A stretch of 64,000 bases of DNA from Alphaproteobacteria bacterium (lineage in GTDB: Bacteria; Pseudomonadota; Alphaproteobacteria; UBA828): assembly GCA_965214705.1 (NCBI GenBank), contig CBDCCI010000002.1:1184001-1248000 (forward strand). The letters are read 5' to 3'. The notes under the pieces were generated by a model. It had not been told where the DNA came from. It saw nothing but the letters and a program-made list of their open reading frames with translations, and searched no databases. Each line of letters starts with the position of its first letter. Position 1 is the stretch's first letter. Positions 37,746 through 47,557 of this stretch are shown here, in pieces. A program made the position numbers and the translations under genes.

Positions 37746-39223
37746 TCGCGACTCATCTGCCGGTGCTCCAGGTGGCTGTGCCGCTGATCGCGGCGCCGGT
37801 CTGCGTGCTGCTGCGGCGCGGGAACTACGCCTGGGCCCTCACCACCGTCATCTGCTGGGGGCTGCTCGCCATCGCGGCGCTGCTGCTCGACCAGGTGATG
37901 AGCGGCGGCACGATCTCCTACCGCCTCGGCGGTTGGGCGCCGCCCATCGGCATCGAGTACCGGCTGGATGGCGTCAACGCCTTCGTCCTGCTGATCCTCG
38001 CGGGCACCGCCGCGCTGATGATGCCCTACGCCCGCCAGAGCGTGGAGCAGGAGGTGCGGCCCGAGCGCCGGCACCTCTTTTACGCGATCTTTCTGCTGGT
38101 GCTCACCGGCCTGCTCGGCATCACCGCGACCGGCGACGTCTTCAACATCTACGTCTTTCTCGAAATATCGTCGCTCGCGAGCTACGTCCTCATCGCGCAA
38201 GGCAGGCGCCGGCGGGCGCTCACGGCCTCCTACCAGTACCTCATCATCGGCACCATCGGCGCCTCGCTGATCCTGATCGGGATCGGCTTCCTCTACGCCA
38301 AGACCGGCACCCTCAACATCGCGGACCTGGCCGTTCGGGTGCCCGCCCTCGGCGAGACCCCAGCAGTACTAGCGGCCTTCGCCTTCATCACCGTGGGCGT
38401 GCTGATCAAGCTCGCGCTCTTCCCGTTCCACGTCTGGCTGCCCAACGCCTATGCCTACGCGCCCTCGATGGTGAGCGCGTTCCTGGCTGCGACCGCCACC
38501 AAGGTCGGCGCCTACATGCTGCTGCGCTTCGTCTTCACGGTGTTCGGCGTCCACTTCGCCTTCGAGACCCTGCCGCTCACCGAGATTCTGCTCGCGCTCT
38601 CGCTCATCGCGGTGCTCGCGGGCTCGCTCGTCGCCGTCTTCCAGAGCGACCTGAAGCGCCTGCTGGCGTTCTCCAGCGTGGGCCAGATCGGCTATCTCGG
38701 CGTCGGCATCGGGCTTGCCTCGGTGACCGGCGTCACCGGCGCGCTGGTCCACGTCTTCAACCACTCCTTGATGAAGGGCGGGCTCTTCCTGGCCGCCGGC
38801 ACCATCGCCTATCGCCTGGGCGCGACCGATCTGAGCGCGCTGCAGGGCCTCGGCCGGCGCATGCCGTTCACCATGGCGGCGGTCGTGATCGGCGGCCTCG
38901 GTCTGGTCGGCGTCCCCATCACCTCCGGCTTCGTCAGCAAGTGGTACCTGGTGCAGGCGGCGTTCGAGGAAGGCCTCTGGCCGGTCGCGCTCTTCGTCCT
39001 CGCCGGCTCGCTGATCGCGCTCGCCTACGTGGGCCGCGTGGTCGAGGCCGCCTACTTCCGCCCCGCCCCGCCCGATGCCGAGCCGGTGCGCGAGGCGCCC
39101 TGGGCCATGCAGCTCTCGACCTGGGCGCTGATCGGGGGCTCGGTCTATTTCGGGCTCCACACGGACCTCACCGTCGTCATCGCCGAGCGTGCGGCGACAG
39201 TGCTGCTGGCGGGCGCGCCATGA
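37742..39223 (+). CDS. mrpD: Mrp antiporter subunit D family protein
   Basis: GGWAPPIGIE, GDVFNIYVFLEI, FPFHVWLPNAY, DLKRLLAFSS, SGFVSKW. Confidence 0.93.
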   Translation: MIATHLPVLQVAVPLIAAPVCVLLRRGNYAWALTTVICWGLLAIAALLLDQVMSGGTISYRLGGWAPPIGIEYRLDGVNAFVLLILAGTAALMMPYARQSVEQEVRPERRHLFYAIFLLVLTGLLGITATGDVFNIYVFLEISSLASYVLIAQGRRRRALTASYQYLIIGTIGASLILIGIGFLYAKTGTLNIADLAVRVPALGETPAVLAAFAFITVGVLIKLALFPFHVWLPNAYAYAPSMVSAFLAATATKVGAYMLLRFVFTVFGVHFAFETLPLTEILLALSLIAVLAGSLVAVFQSDLKRLLAFSSVGQIGYLGVGIGLASVTGVTGALVHVFNHSLMKGGLFLAAGTIAYRLGATDLSALQGLGRRMPFTMAAVVIGGLGLVGVPITSGFVSKWYLVQAAFEEGLWPVALFVLAGSLIALAYVGRVVEAAYFRPAPPDAEPVREAPWAMQLSTWALIGGSVYFGLHTDLTVVIAERAATVLLAGAP

Positions 39224-40683
39224 GCCACGCCGCGCAAATCCTCGCCGCCCTCGCGGTGCCCGTCGCCGGCGCATTCCTGATCTGGGCGACCGCACGAAGG
39301 CCCCTGCTGCAGGAGGCAGTCTCCGTCGTCACCGCCGTCGCGCTCTTCGGCCTCGTGCTCTCGCTCGCGCCGGCGGTGGCGGAGGGCGAGGCGCCCCGCG
39401 TCGCACTCTTCGACATCGTGCGCGGGCTCCCCATCGCCTTCGCGCTCGAGCCGCTCGGCATGCTGTTCGCGCTGATCGCGTCCTTCCTCTGGATCGCAAC
39501 GACGGTCTATTCGATCGGTTATGTCCGCGCCAACGACGAGGGCCACCGCACCCGCTACTACGTCTGCTTCGCGGCCGCACTCGCCAGCGCCATCGGCGTC
39601 GCCTTTGCCGGCAACATGTTCACGCTCTTCCTCTTCTACGAGGCGTTGACGCTCTCGACCTATCCGCTGGTGACCCACAGCGGCACGGAGGAAGCGCGCC
39701 GCGCCGGCCGCACCTACCTCGGCATCCTGCTCTCGACCTCGATCATCCTGCAGCTCTTCGCCATCCTCTGGACCTGGGTGGAAGCCGGGACGCTCGATTT
39801 CCAGATGGGCGGCATCCTCGCCGGTGCGGTCAGCGAGCGCACCGCCGCCGTGCTGCTGGTGCTCTACATGTTCGGCATCGGCAAGGCCGCGCTCATGCCG
39901 CTCCACGCCTGGCTGCCGGCGGCGATGGTGGCGCCGACGCCGGTGAGCGCGCTCCTGCACGCGGTCGCCGTGGTCAAGGCCGGCGTGTTCACGGTGCTCA
40001 AGGTCATCGTCTACATCTTCGGCATCGACTTCCTGCGCGGCATGGCGGGGAGCGAATGGCTCATCGCGGTCGCCGCCGCGACCATCGTGATCGCCTCGCT
40101 GATCGCGCTGCGCCAGGACGACCTGAAGCGCCGCCTCGCCTATTCGACCGTGAGCCAGCTCTCCTACGTGGTGCTAGGGGGTGCGCTCGCGACCAGCGCG
40201 GGCGTCGTCGGCGGTGCCATGCACATCGCCACCCACGCATTCGGCAAGATCACGCTGTTCTTCTGCGCGGGCGCGATCTACACCGCCGCCCACAAGCGGC
40301 TGGTGAGCGAGCTGGACGGCATCGGCTATCGCATGCCCGTCACCATGGGCGCGTTCGCCGTGGGCGCGCTCGGCCTGATCGGCCTGCCGCCCTTCGCCGC
40401 GCTCTGGAGCAAGTGGTACCTCGTGGCCGGCGCGGACGACGGCAGCCACATCGCGGTGATCGCCGTGCTGCTCGCAAGCTCCTTGCTCAACGCGCTCTAC
40501 TTCGTGCCCATCCTCGTGCGCGCCTTCTTCCCGGCCACGCCGATGCCGGTGGCGGCCGGCCGGGCCGAGGCGCCCTGGCCGATCCTCGCGGCGACGCTCG
40601 TGGCGGCGCTCGGCACGGCCGCGCTCTTCTTCTACCCGCAAGCCCTGCTCACCCTCGTGGAGCCGCTTGGGGCCATCCGGTAA
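39220..40683 (+). CDS. Second MrpD/NuoL-like proton-conducting membrane subunit
   Basis: Start MSHAAQ (ATGA overlap). FYEALTLSTYPLV, GKAALMPLHAWLP, VSALLHAVAVVKAG, LKRRLAYSTVSQ. Confidence 0.92.
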   Translation: MSHAAQILAALAVPVAGAFLIWATARRPLLQEAVSVVTAVALFGLVLSLAPAVAEGEAPRVALFDIVRGLPIAFALEPLGMLFALIASFLWIATTVYSIGYVRANDEGHRTRYYVCFAAALASAIGVAFAGNMFTLFLFYEALTLSTYPLVTHSGTEEARRAGRTYLGILLSTSIILQLFAILWTWVEAGTLDFQMGGILAGAVSERTAAVLLVLYMFGIGKAALMPLHAWLPAAMVAPTPVSALLHAVAVVKAGVFTVLKVIVYIFGIDFLRGMAGSEWLIAVAAATIVIASLIALRQDDLKRRLAYSTVSQLSYVVLGGALATSAGVVGGAMHIATHAFGKITLFFCAGAIYTAAHKRLVSELDGIGYRMPVTMGAFAVGALGLIGLPPFAALWSKWYLVAGADDGSHIAVIAVLLASSLLNALYFVPILVRAFFPATPMPVAAGRAEAPWPILAATLVAALGTAALFFYPQALLTLVEPLGAIR

Positions 40684-40692
40684 GGCAACGCC

Positions 40693-40935
40693 ATGAAGAA
40701 GAAATACTGGCTCGACGAACGCCGCAACGTGATGCGGCTCATCTGGTTCTTCGCGGCCCTCTGCGTCGGCGTGCTGGCGATCGACGCGGGCTTCCACCGC
40801 CACGAGGAGTTCTTCTGGGAGGGCTGGTTCGGCTTCTACGGGTTCTTCGGCTTCATCGCCTGCGTCGTGCTCGTGCTCGCCGCGAAGGAGCTGCGCCGGC
40901 TGGTGATGCGGCGCGAGGACTACTATGACGAGTAG
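40693..40935 (+). CDS. Small two-TM membrane protein associated with Mrp operons
   Basis: 80 aa, GFYGFFGFIACVVLVL.AK..R..VMR.EDYYD; overlaps the next gene. Confidence 0.8.
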   Translation: MKKKYWLDERRNVMRLIWFFAALCVGVLAIDAGFHRHEEFFWEGWFGFYGFFGFIACVVLVLAAKELRRLVMRREDYYDE

Positions 40936-42619
40936 CATCCCTCCTGCCTTCGTCTTTCTGGTCGCGGCGGCGCTCGTCCTGCTGTTGCCGGGGGGCTTGC
41001 GCCGGCTGCTCGTGCCGGCGGTGCCGCTGCTCGGCGGCATCAATCTCTGGTTCGTGTGGCAGGGCGGCGGCGCGCTCGAGGTCCCGTTGCTCGACACGCG
41101 GCTCACGCTGCTCCGCGCCGATTCCCTCAGCCTGCTCTTCGGCCTCCTCTTCCATATCGCGGCGTTCCTCGGCGCCGTCTTCGCCTTCCACGTCCGCGAC
41201 CGCCTGCAGCAGGCGGGCATGCTGCTCTACGCGGGCTCCGCGCTCGGCGCGGTATTCGCGGGCGACCTCATCACCCTCGTCATCTTCTGGGAGGGGGCGA
41301 CGCTCGGCTCCGTCCTGCTGATTCTCGCCCGGCGCGAGCCACGCGCGGTCCGCGCGGCCATGCGCTACCTGGTGTTCCAGCTGGTCTCCGGTCTGCTGCT
41401 GCTGGGCGGTGCGATCGTCGTGATCGGCGACACGGGCTCCAGCGCCTTCGGCCACATCGGGACCGACAGCCTCGGCGGCGTGCTGATCTTCGTCGCCTTC
41501 GGCATCAAGTGCGGCTTCCCGCTGGTGCACACCTGGCTCACCGACGCCTACCCGGAATCGACGCCGACCGGGATGGTGTTCCTGAGCGCGTTCACCACCA
41601 AGCTCGCGGTCTACGCGCTGGCGCGCGGCTATGCCGGCACCGAGGTGCTGATCTTCATCGGCACGGCGATGACCGCGTTCCCCATCTTCTTCGCGGTGAT
41701 CGAGAACGACCTCCGCCGCGTCCTCGCCTACAGCATGATCAACCAGATCGGCTTCATGGTGGTGGGCATCGGCATCGGCACCTCGCTCGCGCTCAACGGC
41801 GCCGTCTCCCACGCTTTCAACGACGTGATCTTCAAGGGCCTGCTGCTCATGTCGATGGGCGCGGTGCTGCACCAGACCGGCAAGATCAACGGCTCGGAGC
41901 TCGGCGGCCTCTACAAGTCGATGCCGCAGACCACCGGGCTCTGCATTGTGGGCGCCGCCTCCATCTCGGCCTTCCCGCTCTTCTCCGGCTTCGTCAGCAA
42001 GTCGATGGTGATGAGCGCGGCGGCGGCCGAGGGCTACTGGATCGTCTGGATCCTGCTGCTCTTCGCGTCCGCCGGCGTCTTCCACCATGCCGGCATCAAG
42101 ATTCCCTACTTTGCCTTCTTCGCGCACGACAGCGGCATCCGCACCCGCGAGCCGCCGCTCAACATGCGCATCGCGATGGCGATGGCGGCGATCCTCTGCA
42201 TCGTCATCGGCTGCTATCCGGCATGGCTCTATTCGCTGCTGCCCTGGGAGGTGGGCTACGTGCCCTACACCGGCAGCCACGTGCTGGTGCAGGTCCAGCT
42301 TCTGTTCTTCTCGGCGCTGGCCTTCGCCTTCCTCAACCTGGTGGGGCTCTACCCGCCCGAATTGCGGTCTGCGAACATCGACAGCGACTGGCTCTACCGG
42401 CGCCTTGTGCCGGGCGCGGCCCGCCGCATCGAGGGCGCGGTGGCCGCCCTCAGCGGGTTCGTCCGCGAGCAGTCCACGCGCGGCCTCGATCGCCTGTTCT
42501 ATGCGATCGCGCAACAGCACAGGCCGGGCGGGGTGATGGCGCGCACATGGCCGACCGGCGCTGCCGCGCTCTGGATCCTGGTCCTGCTTGGCGCCTGCCT
42601 GGTCATCTACTACGTTTAG
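40925..42619 (+). CDS. Third MrpD-like Na+/H+ antiporter subunit
   Basis: AGDLITL..FWE, HTWLTDAYPE, LSAFTTK, END.RR.LAYS, SAFPLFSGFVSKS. Confidence 0.92.
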   Translation: MTSSIPPAFVFLVAAALVLLLPGGLRRLLVPAVPLLGGINLWFVWQGGGALEVPLLDTRLTLLRADSLSLLFGLLFHIAAFLGAVFAFHVRDRLQQAGMLLYAGSALGAVFAGDLITLVIFWEGATLGSVLLILARREPRAVRAAMRYLVFQLVSGLLLLGGAIVVIGDTGSSAFGHIGTDSLGGVLIFVAFGIKCGFPLVHTWLTDAYPESTPTGMVFLSAFTTKLAVYALARGYAGTEVLIFIGTAMTAFPIFFAVIENDLRRVLAYSMINQIGFMVVGIGIGTSLALNGAVSHAFNDVIFKGLLLMSMGAVLHQTGKINGSELGGLYKSMPQTTGLCIVGAASISAFPLFSGFVSKSMVMSAAAAEGYWIVWILLLFASAGVFHHAGIKIPYFAFFAHDSGIRTREPPLNMRIAMAMAAILCIVIGCYPAWLYSLLPWEVGYVPYTGSHVLVQVQLLFFSALAFAFLNLVGLYPPELRSANIDSDWLYRRLVPGAARRIEGAVAALSGFVREQSTRGLDRLFYAIAQQHRPGGVMARTWPTGAAALWILVLLGACLVIYYV

Positions 42620-42657
42620 CGGCGCTTGACGCCGGCGCGGCAGGGGGCAACGCGGCC

Positions 42658-43374
42658 ATGAAGATGAACGGCGAGTTCCGGGTCCCGACCGACCGGGAAA
42701 CGGTGTGGCGCGCGCTCAACGACCCCGAGGTCCTGAAGGAGTGCCTGCCCGGCTGCCAGGAGATCGAGAAGACCTCCGAGACCGAGATGAGCGCGACGCT
42801 CGTCATCAAGGTCGGCCCGGTCAAGGCGACCTTCAAGGGCGGGGTCACCCTCTCCGACATCGACCCGCCCAACGGCTACACGCTCTCCGGCCAGGGGCAA
42901 GGGGGCACCGCTGGCTTCGCCTCCGGCGAGGCCAAGGTCCGGCTGGTGGAGGAGAACGGCGCGACGCTCCTGCAATACGAGTGCGACGCCAAAGTGGGCG
43001 GCAAGCTCGCGCAGATCGGCTCGCGCCTGATCGATTCCACCGCGAAGAAGCTCGCCAAGCAGTTCTTCGACAGCCTGGCCGAGAAGCTCGGCGGCGGCGA
43101 GGAGGCGGAGGCTGCGGCCGCTGAGCCTGCCCAGGAGACTGCGGCCGCCGCACCTGCCGAGCCCGCCCCATCGCCCGATCCGGCCCCGGCATCGCCCGAG
43201 CCCGAGCCTGCCGCGGCGCCTGCCGATGCGCCGGCAGAGAGCGCTCCGGCGCCCGATGCTGGGCCAGCGCTCCCGCCGGCAACGCAGCGCAAGGGGCTCC
43301 CCACCGCGGCCTGGGCCGCGGCCGTGGTGGTCGTCGCCGTGGTGCTGATCCTCGTGTTCACCGGCGTGATCTGA
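42658..43374 (+). CDS. coxG: CoxG-like SRPBCC protein with Pro/Ala linker and C-terminal membrane anchor
   Basis: VW..LNDPEVL..CLPGC, KVGPVKATF, VGGKLAQIGSRLID; PA-rich tether followed by a TM helix. Confidence 0.88.
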   Translation: MKMNGEFRVPTDRETVWRALNDPEVLKECLPGCQEIEKTSETEMSATLVIKVGPVKATFKGGVTLSDIDPPNGYTLSGQGQGGTAGFASGEAKVRLVEENGATLLQYECDAKVGGKLAQIGSRLIDSTAKKLAKQFFDSLAEKLGGGEEAEAAAAEPAQETAAAAPAEPAPSPDPAPASPEPEPAAAPADAPAESAPAPDAGPALPPATQRKGLPTAAWAAAVVVVAVVLILVFTGVI

Positions 43375-43381
43375 GCCGCGC

Positions 43382-43858
43382 GTGGTGGTGGTGGCGCTTG
43401 CCGGGCCTGCGGAGGAGCGGGACGCGATGGCGACGCAGCTGATCGAGACGCTGAGCGCCCGCGGCCGCCGCGTCGCGGTCATTGCCGCGAGTCCCGGCCC
43501 CCTCGCCATCGACGAGCCGGGCAAGGACAGCTACGAGCACGCCGCCGCCGGCGCCCGCGATGTCGTCGTGGTCTCGGGCCGGCGCTGGGCGCGCGTGCAT
43601 CGCAACGACCCGCCCGCGCCGCCGCGTGCCGCGGCCCTCGCTGCGCTCGCAGACGATGCGGAGGTCGTGCTGGCGCTCGGTTTCGAGGATCACGCCGCGC
43701 CCCGGCTCACGGTCGAATCCGGCCCCGAAGGCGAGGCCGACGCAGGGCTGCGGGTGCTGGCCGAGGACGGCCGCCGGCCGGCCTTTCGCCTTGACAAGCC
43801 GGAGGCGATCGCCGATCTGATCGAGCGTCTTTCCGAGGAAAGTTCCCAGAATGAGTGA
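43382..43858 (+). CDS. MobB-like molybdopterin-guanine dinucleotide biosynthesis protein, degenerate P-loop
   Basis: IDEPGKDSY.H..AGA motif. The N-terminal Walker A (normally GxxxxGKT) appears degenerate. Confidence 0.65.
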   Translation: MVVVALAGPAEERDAMATQLIETLSARGRRVAVIAASPGPLAIDEPGKDSYEHAAAGARDVVVVSGRRWARVHRNDPPAPPRAAALAALADDAEVVLALGFEDHAAPRLTVESGPEGEADAGLRVLAEDGRRPAFRLDKPEAIADLIERLSEESSQNE

Positions 43859-44777
43859 CGGCGTGGCGATCCCCGACTCCGTCGACAAGACGCTCGCGCT
43901 GCTCTCCGGCGGCGACTACGTGGCGGATCGCAACCTGGCGACCAGCCTGTTCATCGCCTTCCGCCTCAACCGCCCGCTGTTCCTGGAGGGCGAGGCCGGC
44001 GTCGGCAAGACCGCGCTCGCCGCCGTGCTCGCCGAGCGGCTCGGACGCTCCCTGCTGCGCCTCCAGTGCTACGAGGGGCTCGACGTCTCGTCCGCCGTCT
44101 ACGAGTGGAACTACGCGCGGCAGATGATCGAGATTCGCCTGTCCGAAGCGATGGGCGACCGCGACCGCCAGACCCTCGCCGGCGACATCTTCTCGGAGCG
44201 CTTCCTCATCGGCCGGCCTCTGCTGGAGGCGCTCCGCCCCCACGACGAAGGCCCGCCGGTGCTGCTGATCGACGAACTCGACCGCGCCGACGAGCCCTTC
44301 GAGGCCTTCCTGCTGGAGGTGCTCGCCGACTACCAGATCACGATCCCGGAGATCGGCACCATCCGTGCGGCAGAGCCCCCCATCGTGCTCATCACCTCCA
44401 ACCGCACCCGCGAGATTCACGACGCCCTCAAGCGCCGCTGCCTCTATCACTGGATCGACTACCCGGATGTCCAGCGCGAACGCGAGATCCTGCGCGTGCG
44501 CGTGCCGGATGCCGACCCGCGCCTGACCCACGAGGTGGTGGCCTTCGTGCAGCAGCTGCGCGAGGTCGATTTCTTCAAGTCGCCAGGCGTCGCCGAGAGC
44601 ATCGACTGGCTGCGCGCGCTCTCCACGCTCGCGCAGGAGAGTCTCGATCCCGCGATCGTCGATCAGACCCTGGGCGTGCTCCTGAAGTACCAGGACGATA
44701 TCGACAAGGCGCGCGGCGGCGAGACGCAGCGTATCCTGGCGGATGTCGGCACCGGGATGACCGCCGTCGCGGAGTGA
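43851..44777 (+). CDS. MoxR-family AAA+ ATPase (CoxD-like)
   Basis: LEGEAGVGKT, RLQCYEGLD, LLIDELDRAD, TSNRTREIHDALKRRC, PGVAES.DW. Confidence 0.93.
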   Translation: MSDGVAIPDSVDKTLALLSGGDYVADRNLATSLFIAFRLNRPLFLEGEAGVGKTALAAVLAERLGRSLLRLQCYEGLDVSSAVYEWNYARQMIEIRLSEAMGDRDRQTLAGDIFSERFLIGRPLLEALRPHDEGPPVLLIDELDRADEPFEAFLLEVLADYQITIPEIGTIRAAEPPIVLITSNRTREIHDALKRRCLYHWIDYPDVQREREILRVRVPDADPRLTHEVVAFVQQLREVDFFKSPGVAESIDWLRALSTLAQESLDPAIVDQTLGVLLKYQDDIDKARGGETQRILADVGTGMTAVAE

Positions 44778-44825
44778 GGCGCAGGCGCCCGCCGCCCGCA
44801 ATCGGCGCAGCACGGGAGAACAGCG

Positions 44826-45158
44826 ATGAGTTCGCAGCAGGCCGCACAGGAAGACATTCTGGGCACCGCCGCCCGCTGGCGCGACGAGGGAAAAGACGTG
44901 GCGCTCGCCACCGTCATCGCCACCTGGGGCTCGTCGCCCCGCCCGGTCGGCAGCCAGCTCGTCGCCGATGGCGAGGGCCATTTCGAGGGCTCCGTCTCCG
45001 GCGGCTGCATCGAGGGCGCGGTGATCGAGGAAGCCCGCACGGTCATGGGCTCGGGCGCGCCCAGCGTGCTGGAGTTCGGCGTCTCCAACGAGCAAGCGTG
45101 GGAGGTCGGGCTCGCCTGCGGCGGCACCGTTCGCGTGCTGGTCGAGAAGGTCGAGTGA
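44826..45158 (+). CDS. XdhC/CoxI family protein (N-terminal type)
   Basis: TWGSSPRPVG, GSVSGGCIE, VGLACGG. Confidence 0.92.
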   Translation: MSSQQAAQEDILGTAARWRDEGKDVALATVIATWGSSPRPVGSQLVADGEGHFEGSVSGGCIEGAVIEEARTVMGSGAPSVLEFGVSNEQAWEVGLACGGTVRVLVEKVE

Positions 45159-45168
45159 GCGGGCAGCG

Positions 45169-45879
45169 ATGCAGCGCACCATCCTCGACCGGCTGAACGG
45201 CGACCGCGCGTCCGACCGCGCCGTCGCCCTCGTCACGGCGCTCACCAATGGCGCGCAGGCGCTGGTCTACGCCGGCGGAGACGCGGCGGGCGAAGCGCTG
45301 CCCGATGCGGTGGCAGACGAAGCCCGCGCCGCGCTCCGTGCCGACAAGAGCCAGCAGGTGGAGGTCGGCGGCGAGACCTGGTTCGTCCACGTTCACAACC
45401 CGCCGGCCCGCATGGTCATCGTCGGCGCGGTCCACATCACGCAGGCGCTGGCAGGCATGGCCGAGGCCGCCGGCTACTCCGTGATCGTCTGCGACCCGCG
45501 CCGTGCCTTCGCCGATGCCGCGCGCTTCCCCGCCATCGAGGTCTCGACCGAGTGGCCCGACGACGCGCTGAACCGGCTCGTGCCCGATCACCGCACCGCC
45601 GTGGTGACGCTCACCCACGACCCGAAGATCGACGACCCGGCGCTCGAGGTCGCGGTGCGCGCGCCGGTCTTCTACATCGGCGCGCTGGGCAGCCGGCGGA
45701 CCCACGGCAAGCGGCTGGAGCGCCTGCGCGAGAAGGGTTTTTCCGACGACGAGCTGGGGCGCATCCACGCCCCCATCGGGCTTGCCATTGGCGCGCGCTC
45801 GCCGGCCGAGATCGCGGTCTCGATCATGGCCGAGGTCACGCAGGTGCGCCGCCAGCCGCCCGGAGGCAACGCCAAGTGA
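45169..45879 (+). CDS. XdhC/CoxF family protein (C-terminal Rossmann type)
   Basis: GAVHI, LTHDPKIDD, YIGALGSRRT, HAPIGL.IGA.SPAEIA. Confidence 0.92.
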   Translation: MQRTILDRLNGDRASDRAVALVTALTNGAQALVYAGGDAAGEALPDAVADEARAALRADKSQQVEVGGETWFVHVHNPPARMVIVGAVHITQALAGMAEAAGYSVIVCDPRRAFADAARFPAIEVSTEWPDDALNRLVPDHRTAVVTLTHDPKIDDPALEVAVRAPVFYIGALGSRRTHGKRLERLREKGFSDDELGRIHAPIGLAIGARSPAEIAVSIMAEVTQVRRQPPGGNAK

Positions 45880-45889
45880 TCTTCGCCCC

Positions 45890-47557
45890 ATGATCTTCGG
45901 CGACGTGCCGGTCGCAGAGGCCGAAGGGCTGATCCTCGCCCACAGCGTGCGCCTGTCCGGCGGCGCCTTCAAGAAGGGGCGCGTGCTCTCCGCCGAGGAC
46001 ATCGAGGTATTACTGAAGGCAAAGATCGAGACCGTCTCCGGCGCCCGGCTGGAGCCCGACGACGTGGGCGAGGACGAGGCGGCGCAGGCCGTCGCGCGCG
46101 CGGTCGCCGGGCCGGGGCTCACGCTGGGCGACGCCTTCACCGGCCGCTGCAACATCTTCGCCGAAGGCCACGGCCTCGCCGTCATCGACGATGCGCGGGT
46201 GGACCGGCTCAATCTCCTCGACGAGGCCATGACCCTCGGCACCGTGGCGCCCCACGCCCTGGTCGAGGCGGGCCAGATGGTGGCGACCGTCAAGGTCATC
46301 CCCTTCGCCGCCTCCCGTGCAGTCGTGGATCTCTGCGTCGAGATCGCGGCGGACGGCGGGCCGATGCTGGGTCTCGCGCCGCTCAAGGCGCGCACGGTCG
46401 GGCTGATCCAGACCCGCCTGCCGGGCACGCGGGAGAGCGTGCTCGATTCCACCACGGGCGCGGTCGCGACGCGCCTCGCCCAGCTCGACGGCGCGCTCGC
46501 CGCCGAGGTCCGCTGCGCCCACGACCGCACCGAGGTGGCGGAGGCGGTGGGTCAGCTTCACGGGCGCGGCTGCGACATCATCCTCATCGCCGGCGCGTCC
46601 GCCATCGTCGACCGGCGCGACGTGGTGCCGGCGGCGGTCGTGGAGGCCGGCGGCGCCATCGACCATTTCGGCATGCCCGTCGATCCCGGCAACCTGCTCC
46701 TCCTCGCCCGCCTCGGCGAGACGCGGGTGCTCGGGCTGCCCGGCTGCGCCCGCTCGCTCAAGCTCAACGGCTTCGACTGGGTGCTGCAGCGCATCTTCGC
46801 GGGCGTCGAGGTCACCGCCTCCGACATCATGCGCATGGGCGCCGGCGGCCTGCTCATGGAAATCCCGAGCCGGCCCTTGCCCCGCAACCGCGCCTCGCCG
46901 CGGAGCGCCGCGCGCGAACGAGAGGCGGTGGCCCCTGCGGCACCGCCCCGGATCGCGGCGGTGGTGCTCGCGGCCGGGCAGTCCCGGCGCATGGGCGCGC
47001 TCAACAAGCTCCTGATCGAGGTGGACGGCGAGCCGATGGTGCGCCGCGTCGCTTCCGCCGCGCTCGCCTCCGGGGCCGCGCCCGTCGTTGTGGTGACCGG
47101 CCACGAGGCCGAGCGCGTGCAGGCGGCGCTCGCCGGGCTCGATGTGACCTACGCGCACAATCCAGACTACGCCGAGGGCATGAGCAGCTCGCTCCAGTGC
47201 GGCGTCGACGCGCTCGACCCCGCGCGAGCCCCGGAGATCGACGGCGCCGTGGTCTGCCTCGGCGACATGCCGCGCACCTCCGCGGACCTGATCGACCGGC
47301 TCATCGCGGGCTTCAACCCGCTGGAAGGCCGCGCCATCGGCGTCCCCACCTATCGCGGCAAGCGCGGCAACCCTGTGCTCTGGGCGGCGCGCTTCTTCGC
47401 CGAGATCCGCAACCTCTCCGGCGACGTCGGCGCGCGCCACCTGATCGGCGACCACGCGGACGCGGTCTACGAGGTCGAGAGCCCCGATCACTCCGTGACC
47501 ATCGACGTGGACACGCCCGAGGCCCTGGATGCCTTACGTCCCGCCGCCGCCCGCTGA
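45890..47557 (+). CDS. Molybdopterin-binding domain / MocA-type nucleotidyltransferase fusion
   Basis: GMPVDPGNL, GLPGCARS; C-terminal LAAGQSRRMG..NKL, LGDMP, GNPVLW, GDVGAR, DVDTPE. Confidence 0.9.
   Translation: MIFGDVPVAEAEGLILAHSVRLSGGAFKKGRVLSAEDIEVLLKAKIETVSGARLEPDDVGEDEAAQAVARAVAGPGLTLGDAFTGRCNIFAEGHGLAVIDDARVDRLNLLDEAMTLGTVAPHALVEAGQMVATVKVIPFAASRAVVDLCVEIAADGGPMLGLAPLKARTVGLIQTRLPGTRESVLDSTTGAVATRLAQLDGALAAEVRCAHDRTEVAEAVGQLHGRGCDIILIAGASAIVDRRDVVPAAVVEAGGAIDHFGMPVDPGNLLLLARLGETRVLGLPGCARSLKLNGFDWVLQRIFAGVEVTASDIMRMGAGGLLMEIPSRPLPRNRASPRSAAREREAVAPAAPPRIAAVVLAAGQSRRMGALNKLLIEVDGEPMVRRVASAALASGAAPVVVVTGHEAERVQAALAGLDVTYAHNPDYAEGMSSSLQCGVDALDPARAPEIDGAVVCLGDMPRTSADLIDRLIAGFNPLEGRAIGVPTYRGKRGNPVLWAARFFAEIRNLSGDVGARHLIGDHADAVYEVESPDHSVTIDVDTPEALDALRPAAAR

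Noticed and set aside
43100-43280. Tandem repeat in coxG
   Set aside because: Low-complexity Pro/Ala/Glu linker typical of membrane-tethered CoxG, not a discrete DNA repeat.
37693-43374. Apparent giant ORFs 37693..40683 (996 aa) and 41056..43374 (772 aa)
   Set aside because: These are spurious upstream extensions. The real genes start at 39220 and 42658 with overlap or RBS support. The same applies to 954..2651, 18459..20324, 48149..52234 and 58565..60169.
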